A stretch of 64,000 nt of DNA from Amoebidium appalachense (taxonomy: Eukaryota > Protista > Ichthyosporea), in contig CAVNZM010000008.1 of assembly GCA_963693365.1 (NCBI GenBank), positions 6,582,830-6,646,829 on the forward strand. Reading direction: 5' to 3'. The notes beneath the pieces were generated by a model. That model made no database searches, had not been told where the DNA came from, and worked only from the letters and a program-made list of their open reading frames with translations. The position numbers and the translations under genes are program-made. Each line of letters starts with the position of its first letter. Within the stretch, counting starts at the first letter, position 1. Below are positions 40,638 through 64,000 of the stretch, piece after piece.

Positions 40638-41040
40638 CCTTCCATGGGACAATCGGTATCAACTGGTGTGAGGGGCACGTAAGCATTCTTGGAGTATAGT
40701 ACTGGCAGCCGGGGTATATACAGGGCTAAGGCTTCAGGTTTTCCGTGTTTATGTTAGTGCTTGAAAATTTTAAAATTAGGAAAATTCATTAATTTCTAAC
40801 TGGCTAGGCCCCCATCACGGCCATCTAGAAACACCAGCCAGCCTCAGGCCCTGTGAGCTGGGTGACGGTCGGACGCCAATGCACGGTATGATGCACTGCA
40901 CACAACGTAGGACGCGGCGGCATGTCACAGTGTTTACAGTAGGGCAAGTGGGCCATACAGTCAACCCGTAATAATTATTATATTTATTATAATTATTTCA
41001 ACTACGTAATTTATAGTATATATGGACTCAGGAACAAGGA

Positions 41041-41070
41041 CGGCCCGAAGGGCCGGACTGTACAGGCTAG
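41041..41070 (+). mobile_element. Helitron-type 3' terminus
   Basis: GC hairpin CGGCCC-GAA-GGGCCG, an 11-nt spacer, CTAG, then T. Confidence 0.5.
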
Positions 41071-41439
41071 TTATAGTGCTATTAGACGACGGAAGCTGAT
41101 TATCCAAGTTTGGTCAAACTTTGTGACATAGTAAGCATGCAAACCATAGAAAGTTCTAAAACTATATTGCATGTTGTCTATTCACGGTGTCGATATTCGA
41201 TTCTTATCCCACAATCAAACTGAATCAAACTATCCACTGGCAGCAGCCGTAATTAGACATGTCTTCTGGGCGGCCACGTGTGCACTTCTTGCTGCTGCTT
41301 GCAATAAAGCACCGACTCAATACATTTTGGACACCGTTACACATGGTGCCACTAGTAGTAGCCGCCCCTGAATTATAGCTTAAGTATAGCTGTTGCGTCG
41401 ATCAAACCGGCTTTTCGCCCAATTTCCCACTGCCACATA

Positions 41440-41532
<93 letters not shown>

Positions 41533-41802
41533 AAAACCTTGAACGTGTCCACAACCACCAACCCCGATCCTTATCTAACGTAAACTTAACGACTTTGACA
41601 AAGGCTTCAGACAACATGTAAGCCTGCTAGCCTACGATTTATTATTAGCTCATTTAGCAACTCCACTTTAGTCTCGTGTGAGGTTCGCTTTACTCACTAT
41701 CGGCAACATGACAAGGGAGAGAAAAACACCACTGTTATCTGGCTTTGCAGCCAGCTTAACGCCCCACTACAGTGTGCCGGAGCTTTTATCCCTCCCTCTC
41801 CC

Positions 41803-41857
<55 letters not shown>

Positions 41858-42071
41858 CCCCCCCCCCCCCCCCCCCCCCATCATCCAGTCCCCCCTATCC
41901 TTTTCAACTCCAATATTCCCTCCCCTCCCCTCTACATGGTATTTGCACTTAAATATATCTGTGCATCAAGTTATTTCTGTGTTCGTGTGACGGCTGACGA
42001 TGGGGGGAGGTGGGAGGGGGAGGGGGGACGGGGTAAACAAAAGACAGAAAGGAAGCGAGAGATCTATCTTG

Positions 42072-42127
<56 letters not shown>

Positions 42128-42849
42128 GCATGAGAGAGCGAGAGCAAGAGAGCGAGATCTGGAGAGCGGGAGGCGAGAGAGAGGGACGAATGGTGTTGCT
42201 TGTATGCATGTTTGTGTGAGTCTGTGAAAAATGGGGGGGGGGGGGGGGGGGGGGGGGGGGGAGGGGGGGGGGGGGGGGGGGGGAGGGGGGGGGGGGGGGG
42301 GAGGAGGGGTACATGTGTACTATACGGTTGCAGACGTGCCCGTAAATGTGTATCGCTGTGCAAAATTATATTTCTTACTAATGACGTTTTTGTGTGTGCG
42401 TGGGTTTTTTGGGGGGGGGGGGGGGGGAGGGGGAGGAGGAGGGGGGGGGTCGTGGGAACACATGGGGGTTTTTTTTTTTTTTTTTTTTGGGGGGGGGGGG
42501 GGGGGGGGAGGGGCGGCGAGGCCGAGGGTGAGAGGAGAAGGGGTGGTGGAGACGTGAGGGGAAATTTGGGAGGGGAGTGGGAGTGGGCGAGCGGATGGCG
42601 GGCGGGCGGGCGGGCGCCGAGGGGGGGGGGGGGGGGGGGGGATTGGGGGACGAAGGGTATACGATCGGTGGAGCACCCATGAAATCTTAAACAACCTCAG
42701 CCATTTATAGCGCTACACCCACACAAACACACAGACCCACAACACAACCGGCAACCAACCACACAAACTCTGAACACACATGGGGCCCTATCCACCTTGC
42801 CACCTGAAAATCCTGCAAAACAACACTGTGAGATATAATTAAAGGTAAA

Positions 42850-43321
42850 TGATAAAAAGTGCTATCTCAGACCAGGACACGCCTGGTGGTCCCTATGAAC
42901 CTGTGACGGTCCTTAGAACAGAGAAGGTTTTTGGCCTTGGTGAGGCTAGAAATTTCTCCATAGTTAAAATTGGGTGCAAGCACGTGCAGCCCCATCATCC
43001 TTGCAATCTGTGGGAACAATATCAATCAACCGTTAATACCCACAATCAAGGGACAATTGCCTTTGTTTAAACCCCGGTCAGTGGTGGATCTGTCAGTCGG
43101 GCGACCACGGTGCATGATCGGTCTCTTGCTGCTGGAGTGCAGCACATGTTCCCCATTGTCATTTGTTGGCTGTCACCCGCGAATAATGGCTAAAGAAGTA
43201 AAGAATACATTAATGATTAGGCTCTTGCAATGATCATTTCTCCTTTCTAATTATGTTTGGATGCCTTTCACTCCTTCCACCCGACTCGGAGCCGTAACCA
43301 TGCCAATAGCTCGTGTATTGT

Positions 43322-43398
<77 letters not shown>

Positions 43399-43420
43399 CT
43401 CTCACCATGCTCTCACCCGG
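42850..43420 (-). pseudogene. Decayed segment B (MTMGNMCCTPAARDRSC...)
   Basis: Clear nucleotide homology to 44400-45310; frameshifts present. Confidence 0.45.
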
Positions 43421-43450
43421 TGAGAGTAGGGGAGAGGGGGGGGGGGGGGG

Positions 43451-43534
<84 letters not shown>

Positions 43535-43947
43535 GAGGAAACTCGAGGGAGGGATAGAGGAAGAGGGACGGAGAAAGAGAGAGAGAGGAGGAGGGAGGGA
43601 GAAAACCTGAGAGATGAGAGAGAGAGAGAGAGCAAGAAGAGGGGGGGGGGGGGGGGGGGGGAGGAAGAGATAGAGAGAGGGGGGACAGAAAGAGAGAGAG
43701 CCTTGGGAGGGGGAAACAGAGCGGGAGACAGCTAACACAACTGCCATCTGGCTTTGGAGCCAGCTTACCACTCCGCCGTAGGCTGTGGTGCCTCTTTACC
43801 TACCCTCCCCCCCCCCCCCCCCCCCTCCCCCCCCTCCCCCCCCCCCCCCCCCCCCCCCCCCCCAAACATACACACACACCGACACACACACACGCACACT
43901 TCATCCTCTCCTACTTTAACCTTACAGGCTCTGCACCTTGAGCTCGA

Positions 43948-43982
<35 letters not shown>

Positions 43983-44265
43983 ATCATTTAATGGTACTTG
44001 CCTAAATATATATGGGACGGTTCAATTTGTGTAAAAGTTGTTTTGGTGTGTCTGTGACGCGGGGGGAGGGGGGGCGAAGGGGGGAGGATCGGGTAAGCAA
44101 ACAACATGAGAGCCTCAGAGAAAGAAAGCGAGACAGATCTAGAGGGGGAGAGACAGAGAGAGAGAGAGGGGAGGGGGGGAGGGGGAGAGGAGGGGAGTTG
44201 GCCCGGGGGACGAAGAGTATATTCGTGGACCATCCAACGAATTTCAAAACCTATCGTGTGAAGCA

Positions 44266-44310
<45 letters not shown>

Positions 44311-44399
44311 CACATGTACACACGCACACATTCACACACGCACACACACTCAAACACACTGGCACACATTGTCACATACAACACAGGCACAAAAACTCT

Positions 44400-45310
<911 letters not shown>

Positions 45311-45328
45311 TCATTCTGTAGCCCAGCC

Positions 45329-45362
<34 letters not shown>

Positions 45363-45433
45363 TTCACCAAAAGAAAAAAAAAAAAAAAAAAGGGTGATGG
45401 TGATGGTGGTGGTGGTGGTGTGGTGGTGGTGGT

Positions 45434-45476
<43 letters not shown>

Positions 45477-45549
45477 GTGTGTCACGGTGTGTGTGTGTGT
45501 GTGTATGTGTGTGTGTGTGTGGGCCGGGGGGGAGGAGGGGGCGGGGATC

Positions 45550-45810
45550 AGGCTTCTGAATGTTTCCTTATATGGTAAGGGTATCTTTTGCATGGACATC
45601 GACCTTTATTTAGACATCATACTCCGATTCACTGGTTTCCTTATTGCTGGCCGGCTCAGAAATTCAGTCGCATTGATGAATGGAACATTTGGATATCTCA
45701 AGGTGATATTTCTCGATTAGTTGGGTGCACATAAAGCAATTTTCGCATATATATTCATTGAGTTCTGTTGATAAATATCGGATCCAGCCAAGTCACACTG
45801 TGGAAAATAC
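45550..45810 (-). pseudogene. Decayed coding-like segment A'
   Basis: Homologous to 39930-40330, with stops and frameshifts. Confidence 0.45.
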
Positions 45811-46582
45811 TGAGCCGATTCTATTCCTTGAATATTATTTAGATCGAAACACCAGATAGGGCTAAGAATGGATAGATAGTACAATCGACACAGACTACAC
45901 GAGATAGTCGTTTAGATATATGGCTTTAGAAGATACCTAACGAGATATACCAATTACTAAAATTCAACCGTGGGGCTTTAAATTGCATAGGAAAATCGTA
46001 GGATATACGCGAGATAAACATTAAATGGTTACCTACTCAAGTCGCCGTTTGGTTGAGTAGACACCCAGTTACGGTAATTTATTCCTTGTTCCTTCGTTTA
46101 TTACTTCCCAGCTGCGGCTGTACAGACACACCGTGCCAAACCCAGGAAATCTATTTGTCACCGCAACCGTACTAGTCACATATGCATGATTTTCAGAATG
46201 TTCCGAGCGATAACTATATCAATAAAAAAAAAGTCCCCAAGGCTTTACCCCGGCTGTTAGTGCGACTAACCGTTAAAGGATCAGAGCACCCTTGTTGGTT
46301 GTCCATGCATGATACATGCACGAAACAAACCCATTATAACTAACCAAACGCCAGTGGCAGCTTGGTCTGCTGTTACACACCCTGGATTTTTCTGAGTATA
46401 TCTATGGGTTAATTTGGGGTTTCTGGTGTGTTGAACACAGTTCAGAAGCTTTTAGCCGGGGTTTACAATGTTGTGTGTCAGAATACAATTAAACAAAAAG
46501 GCACTCTCTCCATGATTGTGCTCTTGGATATGGTTTGTGTGTGTGTGTGTGTGTGCGTGTGTGTGTATGTGTGTGTGTATGT

Positions 46583-46689
<107 letters not shown>

Positions 46690-46951
46690 CATGCGCGTGT
46701 GCCCCAGCACAAGTGTGTGCACCCACAGCACCTTGGTGTGGTGTGTGTGAGTGTGTGAGTATATACACGTGTGTCCACAAGTGTGTGAATTAATATCATG
46801 ATATATGTGAAGTTTTGACACTGTGTGGAACACCATAGCATAACATACAAACAGAACAGGTTTGTAATGGTGGGGTATGGAGAGAACCAAACAGCTTGAA
46901 GGCAATTCGTCGGGATGAGTTCACCCTAGACCGTGCTGTTTCCAGGACATT

Positions 46952-57519
<10,568 letters not shown>

Positions 57520-57765
57520 TTTTCGAACCTCGCTCCCCGCTGCCTACTTTCAAGTTCGAAAAAGTATCAGTGCGCGATTACCTCCGATGCTTAAGCTAAA
57601 AACATACAGAGCAGGCGGTAGAGAAGGCCCTCACAAAAAACACAATAGTTAGTGGTTTGCTCCAGCAACCAACCAAACTAATCGGGTATGCAAACGTAGA
57701 CTGTATTCTCTCTGTGTATTTTGGCAACTGGGAGTTGCCGGACGATGGACGCACTTAGCCGGAGC

Positions 57766-57776
57766 TTTTTCGCGCC
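57766..57776. promoter_or_regulatory. E2F-type site upstream of the RBBP4-like gene
   Basis: TTTTCGCGCC about 250 nt upstream of the ATG, with ATTGG near 57800 and TTTCCCGC near 58157. Confidence 0.4.
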
Positions 57777-58368
57777 ATTTCTCACGGTGCTTCCGTTTGA
57801 TTGGCCCTTGCTTTGGACGGGCGGGAGGGCCGAAATTTCCGCAAATTTCCAGTAATATATCTCGCATTTTCGGTTCATACCTCTTTGTATTGTCTTCTAT
57901 TTAACTCACGAGTGCATGCAGTAGTTTTTGTCGATATAACAAACAGCACTTTCCCCTGCTGATCCACTCCCCGTATTGTATCGCATATATGAATATGGTG
58001 TAAACGTTCAGATTCTTGTTATTGGCAATAATTAACGTGCGCACCCGCAGCCACGTATCATATATGTATATGCGTGCACGGCCTCGGTTTACACGGTTTA
58101 TATTTTGGAAAAACGATGGGAACTCTGCAGTCGTGAGCATGCCCGTCTTACTGCGTTTTCCCGCACGGCCGCACGGCTCAAATTCAAAAGGGGGCCACAG
58201 GCGCCCCTACATGTATACTGTATTACTTAAACATCAGCATTCCAGGATATCTATATACACCACAATGAATTTGTCACTTGGATGGAACTTCCTGACCGAA
58301 AGAACAAAGACAAAACTAAAATTGCTCTGAGCCGAGATTAGCAGAAAGTCTATCACTGAAAACCCCTT

Positions 58369-58411
<43 letters not shown>

Positions 58412-58517
58412 GCGGGCATCTGTACGGTGAGGTCAGGGTTCGATTTTTAATATTTTTTGGGGGGGCCAACTGGTTCTTTGGTAATCGCCAAAAAAACTTT
58501 GGTAAAACCCTCGACCG

Positions 58518-58548
<31 letters not shown>

Positions 58549-60479
58549 GGGGGAGGGGGGAAAAAGAGAGAGAGAAAGAGAGAGAGAGAGATGGCTCGTG
58601 GGTAAAACCTTGGTATAGAAGTTTTGAGGGGAGGTATATGCGCCGCGGGGGGGGGGGGGGGGGGGGGGGGGGGGAGGGGGAGAGGGAGGGAGGTGGGGGG
58701 GGGGGGGGAGGGGGGGGAGGGAGGTGGGGGGGGGGGGGGGGAGGGGGGAAGGGGGGGGGGGAGGAAGGGTCCCGGAGGAGGAATTTAGTTTTGTGGAAGG
58801 GAGGGGGGAATGATCGAAGAGCCTAGACTGGAGGAGCCTATGGATGTTAAATTACCATTATGTCATGGACTGGGTGCAGTAGGACTTCAATTGCGGTCAG
58901 GAGGTGGGGGGCGGACGGGTGTGGAGAAGAGCGTGCTGGGGAGGGGGGGAGGGGGCCAAATAAACTTGGCCTGACTAATACCTCTATTCAATAGTATAAT
59001 ATCATGCCAAGTTTACCTGGCACCGTTACCGTCACCCCCTACTGAATAATATTGTTAAGTTTCTTGATTTTCTTCGTTTTGCTAATACACCCATAACCCC
59101 ACAGATGTGTGAATGCCCGGCAATGCACATTTAAAATGCCCCCTTCCTTCCTTCCCTTTTTTTGTTTGTTTGTTTGTTTACCCTTTGTAACGGTTGTACA
59201 AGCCCACGTCCCACTCACCCATGTCCCAGTCACTCCGATCGATTCAAGGATTGTCCCACCCTCAATCGTAACAAAAGATGAAAAAAAAGGCCCCGCAGGT
59301 GCCCCTGACGCTCCCCTATTTCGAGACAGACCCTTTAATTCTCTGGTCAGTGGGCTCCAAAACACGCCGTAGTCGGCCCTCCTGCCCACCCCAACCACCT
59401 CCATACACATTGTTTATGATCCGAGGAATGAATGGTGAGGTGGAGTTTGGGGGAAGACCAGAGAGGGTGTATGTACACACGTGCTACGGCTGTGGGGTTT
59501 AACAACATTCTTCAAACTGAACCAGACGAGACTAATAGCAATGTAGATAACCAAAAGGAAAATGAAAAACATTATTATCAAGTCCCTTTGAAATGGACGC
59601 CAGGCACGTGATGCCAACTCGTATGAAAATCATGTTCAAGACCCATTTTGATCCCTCCTTATCATTATTGTGGCACTTGGCCAAAAATGTGAACACATCA
59701 ATTATCTTTACTCGCACCAAATCACGTGTATACCGTAATACTCCGTGCCAGCCTTTATTATTACTCCCATCTGGTCAAATACATCTCAAATACATCCTCC
59801 CCCCCCCCCCCCCCCTCCCCCCTTCCAATATTAAAATATAATAAAATATAAAAAAAATAAAGAACAAACAAAAAGAAAAATAAGAAATGCTTCAACACAA
59901 GCGCCCATTTATCCTGCCAGCAGGATCAACAGTCAGATATCCACCAGTCACGTGATAGCACATGGAAGGTACCAGTTGGCTCAATGTCATGCATCCCGTT
60001 AATTTGCGGGTGTTGCCGGTGGCGGTGGTGCTTGCTGCTGCATCGCCTGTGGAAAAATTGAAGTTTACTATTTGTGTTGTGTCCCCAATATATGGTTTCG
60101 AGCTACACTTAATGGTACTTTGGTATGGGCCACGTGACACTCCGGTATTGATATGTACAGAAAGGCCCGGATGTTGGGTGTTAGTGTATGTGTGTACGTG
60201 TGTGCGCGTGTATGTGCATGTGCACGCAAGACGAATGCGTGTGTTTGTGAGTTGGAGGAAAGCGTGTTGAGGGGGGACCGGGTAGGACGTACGGACTATT
60301 TTTCCTGCATAAACGAGGCTGCTCCACAACACACAAAACAACACAACATATGCATATGTCTCTAATTCATCACTACCAACTCGTCGGTAAAATGAGACGG
60401 GATCGAGACGGGATCGATACTCCATGCAACTATCTTTCATACACATTGTGATCACCATCGAGAACTGTTGGATACCCTT

Positions 60480-60529
<50 letters not shown>

Positions 60530-60790
60530 ACCCACCCATCCATCCATCCACCGACACACCGACACCCCCCCCACACACATATGCACACGCACGCACAAAC
60601 CGACAACCACACCCACACACCGACCCACCCACCCAACCCCGTCCCTACCCCCACCCACCCACACACACCCGCCCACAAAAATTGGATCACAGAGAACAAA
60701 GACGACCCACACACCACTCCCAAATCAAGCAAATACACAAATCCAGGGGGATCTAACAAACACACACACACACTGCATTTCAACACGCAC

Positions 60791-61189
60791 CTTCACCTTC
60801 TCCTCAAACTGGCGCACCTGGTCCTTCATCACGTTGACTGCCCGCGTGTTTGGGTCCGTGGGAAGAATGCCCGCCTGCAAACCATACTGCCGTTAGAACC
60901 AAAAGATGGACCACACCTTCCCTTCCCTGAGGATGGGGTGGGTGGGTGGGTGGGGGGTGGGGGATAGCTGGGCCATACTTTAACTTTCCCTAATATTTGT
61001 GGAGCTGTGTGTGTGTGTGCGCAGGCGTGTGTGGGTGCGTGTGCGTGCGCGCGAGCGCGCGCGTGTGTGGTGTGTGCGTGCGTGGGTGGGAGTGTTTTTT
61101 TTTTTTTTTTTTTTTGGGTGGGTGGGAGAGGGGGGGAGGGGGGAGGGGGGATTGGGGGCTGGAAGGGGATGGGAGGGAGGGATGGAGAA

Positions 61190-61242
<53 letters not shown>

Positions 61243-61603
61243 AATGTCCCTAACAAGTAAAATGCCCATATCTCCTTTGGGATGGGTCCACCAAAGGGAC
61301 ACCAGTTAACCTGTAAGTGGTCAAATTCACTGCAAACTGCGTCGTTCTAAAGAACATCGACTAATTTAGACCCACCCACACACACACGAGTGCATGCCAA
61401 ACCCACCACCCACCACCCACACATATTCTTCTTTATAAAGGACACTTCGCACAACATTATGCACAAGCACCAGAAGAAGCAAACAACCAGAACAGGGGGG
61501 AAACACCACACGGAGGAATATAAGGGAGAGAAGGCACGAAGGGGGGAATTCGAAAAGAAAAAAGGTGGGAAAAATACACCAGGGGAAGGAGGGGAAAGAG
61601 AAG

Positions 61604-61636
<33 letters not shown>

Positions 61637-62922
61637 CCCCCAAAAGGAAAACACATTACCTGGCCGAGCAGGAATCTGACTTTGTCTGTGGGCTGTGCAC
61701 CGACAGCCATCCAGTACTTGACCCTCTCCGCCTTGATGGTCACCAGCTTGTTGCCCATCTCCGTGGGCAGGGGGTCGTATGTGCCCAGCTTCTCGATGCA
61801 TTTGCCGTCACGCTTGCTGCGCGCATCGGCTGCAACTGTTTTTTTTTTTTTTTTTTTTTTTTTAAGGGAGCAGGAGAGGAGGAGGAGGGCGGGGGGAGGA
61901 GGAGGGCGGGGGGAGGGGGGGGGGGCAGCGTGGCAATATGGACGTCAGGGGAAGAGGAGGGGGGAGGGGGGGGGGGGGAGTGAAGGTGAGATAATGGCAG
62001 ATGGTGGTTCTTAGTGGTGGTGCGAAGTGAGAGAGTGGGCAGAAAATGGCGAAATGATGGTCATATGTGGTGAGGTAGTTGTGGCGGTGCAGGGAGGGTG
62101 AAGAGATGTGGTGTGAGATAGTTGTGGTATATGCGAGTATGTGGTGATATAGAGGTGGCTGTGCAGGCAACAGCGAGGGGAGATAGCAGTGAGATATAAT
62201 GAGATAGTTGCAAAACGAGATATGAGGAGTTAATCGTGGTTGTGCAGACAAGCAAGTAGTCCATAGTGGTGAAGTAGCGGTTGGGGGGGGTGGTGGTGGT
62301 GGTGCTGTGTGTGTGTGTGTGTGTGTGGCCGGTGGGAGTGGGGGGTAAAACAGGGTACGAAGTAAAGAAATTACAACGGACAGTACATGCAGATTCTGGA
62401 GGGGCCACACACACACACATATATATATAAAAAGGGGGGGGGGGGGGGGGGGGGGGGGGATGTATGCGTTAGAGGGTTGAAAATATGGAGGAGACAACAA
62501 ACAACAACAAAAACGTCACAAAAATGAGAAGCGTGCAGGCAGAAGACATTTGAACAGAGCCCATCATCAGGGGGGTTCCTATGCCTCCACAAAAGCATGA
62601 GGGGGGGGGGGGGGGGGGGGGGGGGGGGAGTGCGAAGCACACATTCATGACGGGCAACAGAATGCTGAGCGCAAACAGTGCCTAATGAGTATGCATGATA
62701 TGCAGCGCTCATCCCCCGGTATGTGTGTGCTTGTGTGTGTGTGTGTGTCGTGTGTTGTGTGTGCACGGGCTCGTGTGGAAATGCTTGTGGTCGTGGTGGT
62801 GGTGGTGGTGGTGGTGGTTGGGGGGGGGGGGGGGGGGGGGGGGGAGGAGGGGTGCAGTTACCGATGTTGTAAAAGGGCCGGTGCCTGTGGCCAAAACGCT
62901 GCAGTCTGAGTCTGACCACCAT
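60791..62922 (-). CDS. MRPS16: Mitochondrial ribosomal protein S16 (bS16m). Exons 62862-62922, 61660-61835, 60791-60874; 3' end unresolved
   Basis: Splices to MVVRLRLQRFGHRHRPFYNI|VAADARSKRDGKCIEKLGTYDP...ERVKYWMAVGAQPTDKVRFLLGQ|AGILP, the bS16 signature. Confidence 0.92.
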
Positions 62923-62960
62923 CGTGCCTGCTTGCCGTTAATGTGGGGGAGAGGATGCGT

Positions 62961-63031
<71 letters not shown>

Positions 63032-63509
63032 GCAAGGGAGGGAGGAGGGAGGGAAACAGGATGTAAAGAGGGAGGCGGAGAGTGAGAGGGAGGGGCGGGA
63101 CGGCTCCGGAGGGGGGGGGGGGGGGGGGAGACAGAGAGGGTTAGAAAAAACACAGCACCGAGTTACACAAAGCAGGTAAAAGGCAGGAAGTTGGACGATT
63201 GGCAAAAACCGACACACGGAGCGATAGGCAAAAAAACACAAACAAAAACCAAAAAACAAACAAACAAAAAAAGAATGCCCAAAATTCTAAAAAAACAAAG
63301 CAAGGACAACAAACTGTAACTGTGTCGAACCTGTCTCCCATGGTTGGGACATTCGGTCAGCACCAGACCACCAACAAACTCGTGTGTATGAGGAGTCTGG
63401 TATGTGTGTAACCACAGTGTTTTGGGTCTTCCAGTTTAGAAAGGAGGCCTAGCTAAGAACAATTATGTTGTGGATATTGGCATGCAGGTTGTGCCCAGAT
63501 ATTGCACAT

Positions 63510-63688
63510 ACCCAGAAAATCACATCTCACCATTCCCGAAAATCATATCTCATCAATGTACAAACCCGGAAAATCACATCTCACCATTCCCGGAAATCAC
63601 ATCTCATCAATGTACCCGGAAAATCACATCTCACCATTCCCGGAAATCACATCTAATCAATGTACAAACCCGGAAAATCACATCTCGA
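63510..63688. repeat. Higher-order tandem repeat upstream of MRPS16
   Basis: Seven cores ccc(g)gaaa(a)tcacatct with alternating linkers (ccatt / tcaatgtac(aaa)). Confidence 0.9.
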
Positions 63689-63938
63689 TAATGACAACAG
63701 GAAAAACACCTCTCATGAAATGATTTCTGGTCCGGGCAAGATTTCCTTTCCTTTAGAGACATGTCAACAAAGTCAAACAAATGGGTAAATACAATCCCAA
63801 TTTACAGGGAGCCCGTCTACACACAAACCAAAACCTCCCACAGAAGTTAGCCGAACCACAGGTAGCTAAAAAATCTCTCAGGCCAGGAAAACCGTGTGCA
63901 TACACTACAACAATGGAAGGGGGGGGGGGGGGGGGGGG

Positions 63939-63971
<33 letters not shown>

Positions 63972-64000
63972 GGGGGGGGGGGGAGGGAGAGGGAGAGGGG

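Noticed and set aside
63510-63688. CRISPR-like array
   Set aside because: The linkers are short and themselves repeated, so this is a tandem repeat.

Overview
Eukaryotic, intron-dense genomic DNA. Most ORFs in the supplied track are artefacts of (CA)n/(GT)n and poly-C/G tracts. I rebuilt the genes by hand from GT..AG exons with consistent phases and found seven: a SERGEF-like RCC1-repeat protein (-, runs off the left edge); CWH43/PGAP2IP (+, 18 exons); an intronless perilipin (-); a bacterial-type DUF4832/DUF4874-like putative glycoside hydrolase with a Pro/Thr tail (-, 12 coding exons); an ABHD8-like alpha/beta hydrolase (+, 5 exons); an RBBP4/7 (RbAp48/Hat2/MSI1) WD40 histone chaperone (-, 12 exons); and mitoribosomal S16 (-). 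The gene set suggests a non-metazoan holozoan/opisthokont, which is an inference. The most notable observations are five: (1) (CA)n or poly-A tracts on the sense strand replace the polypyrimidine tract at many 3' splice sites; (2) a dispersed element family occurs only in introns and only in host-sense orientation, and carries decayed hammerhead-ribozyme-like motifs; (3) the DUF4832-like gene looks like an intron-colonised horizontal transfer; (4) a perfect 24-bp intronic hairpin, a Helitron-type 3' end and a small MITE-like family are present; (5) a decayed duplicated gene family lies at 40-46 kb. No database searches were run, so all family assignments come from recognised motifs. Homopolymer lengths may be sequencing artefacts.
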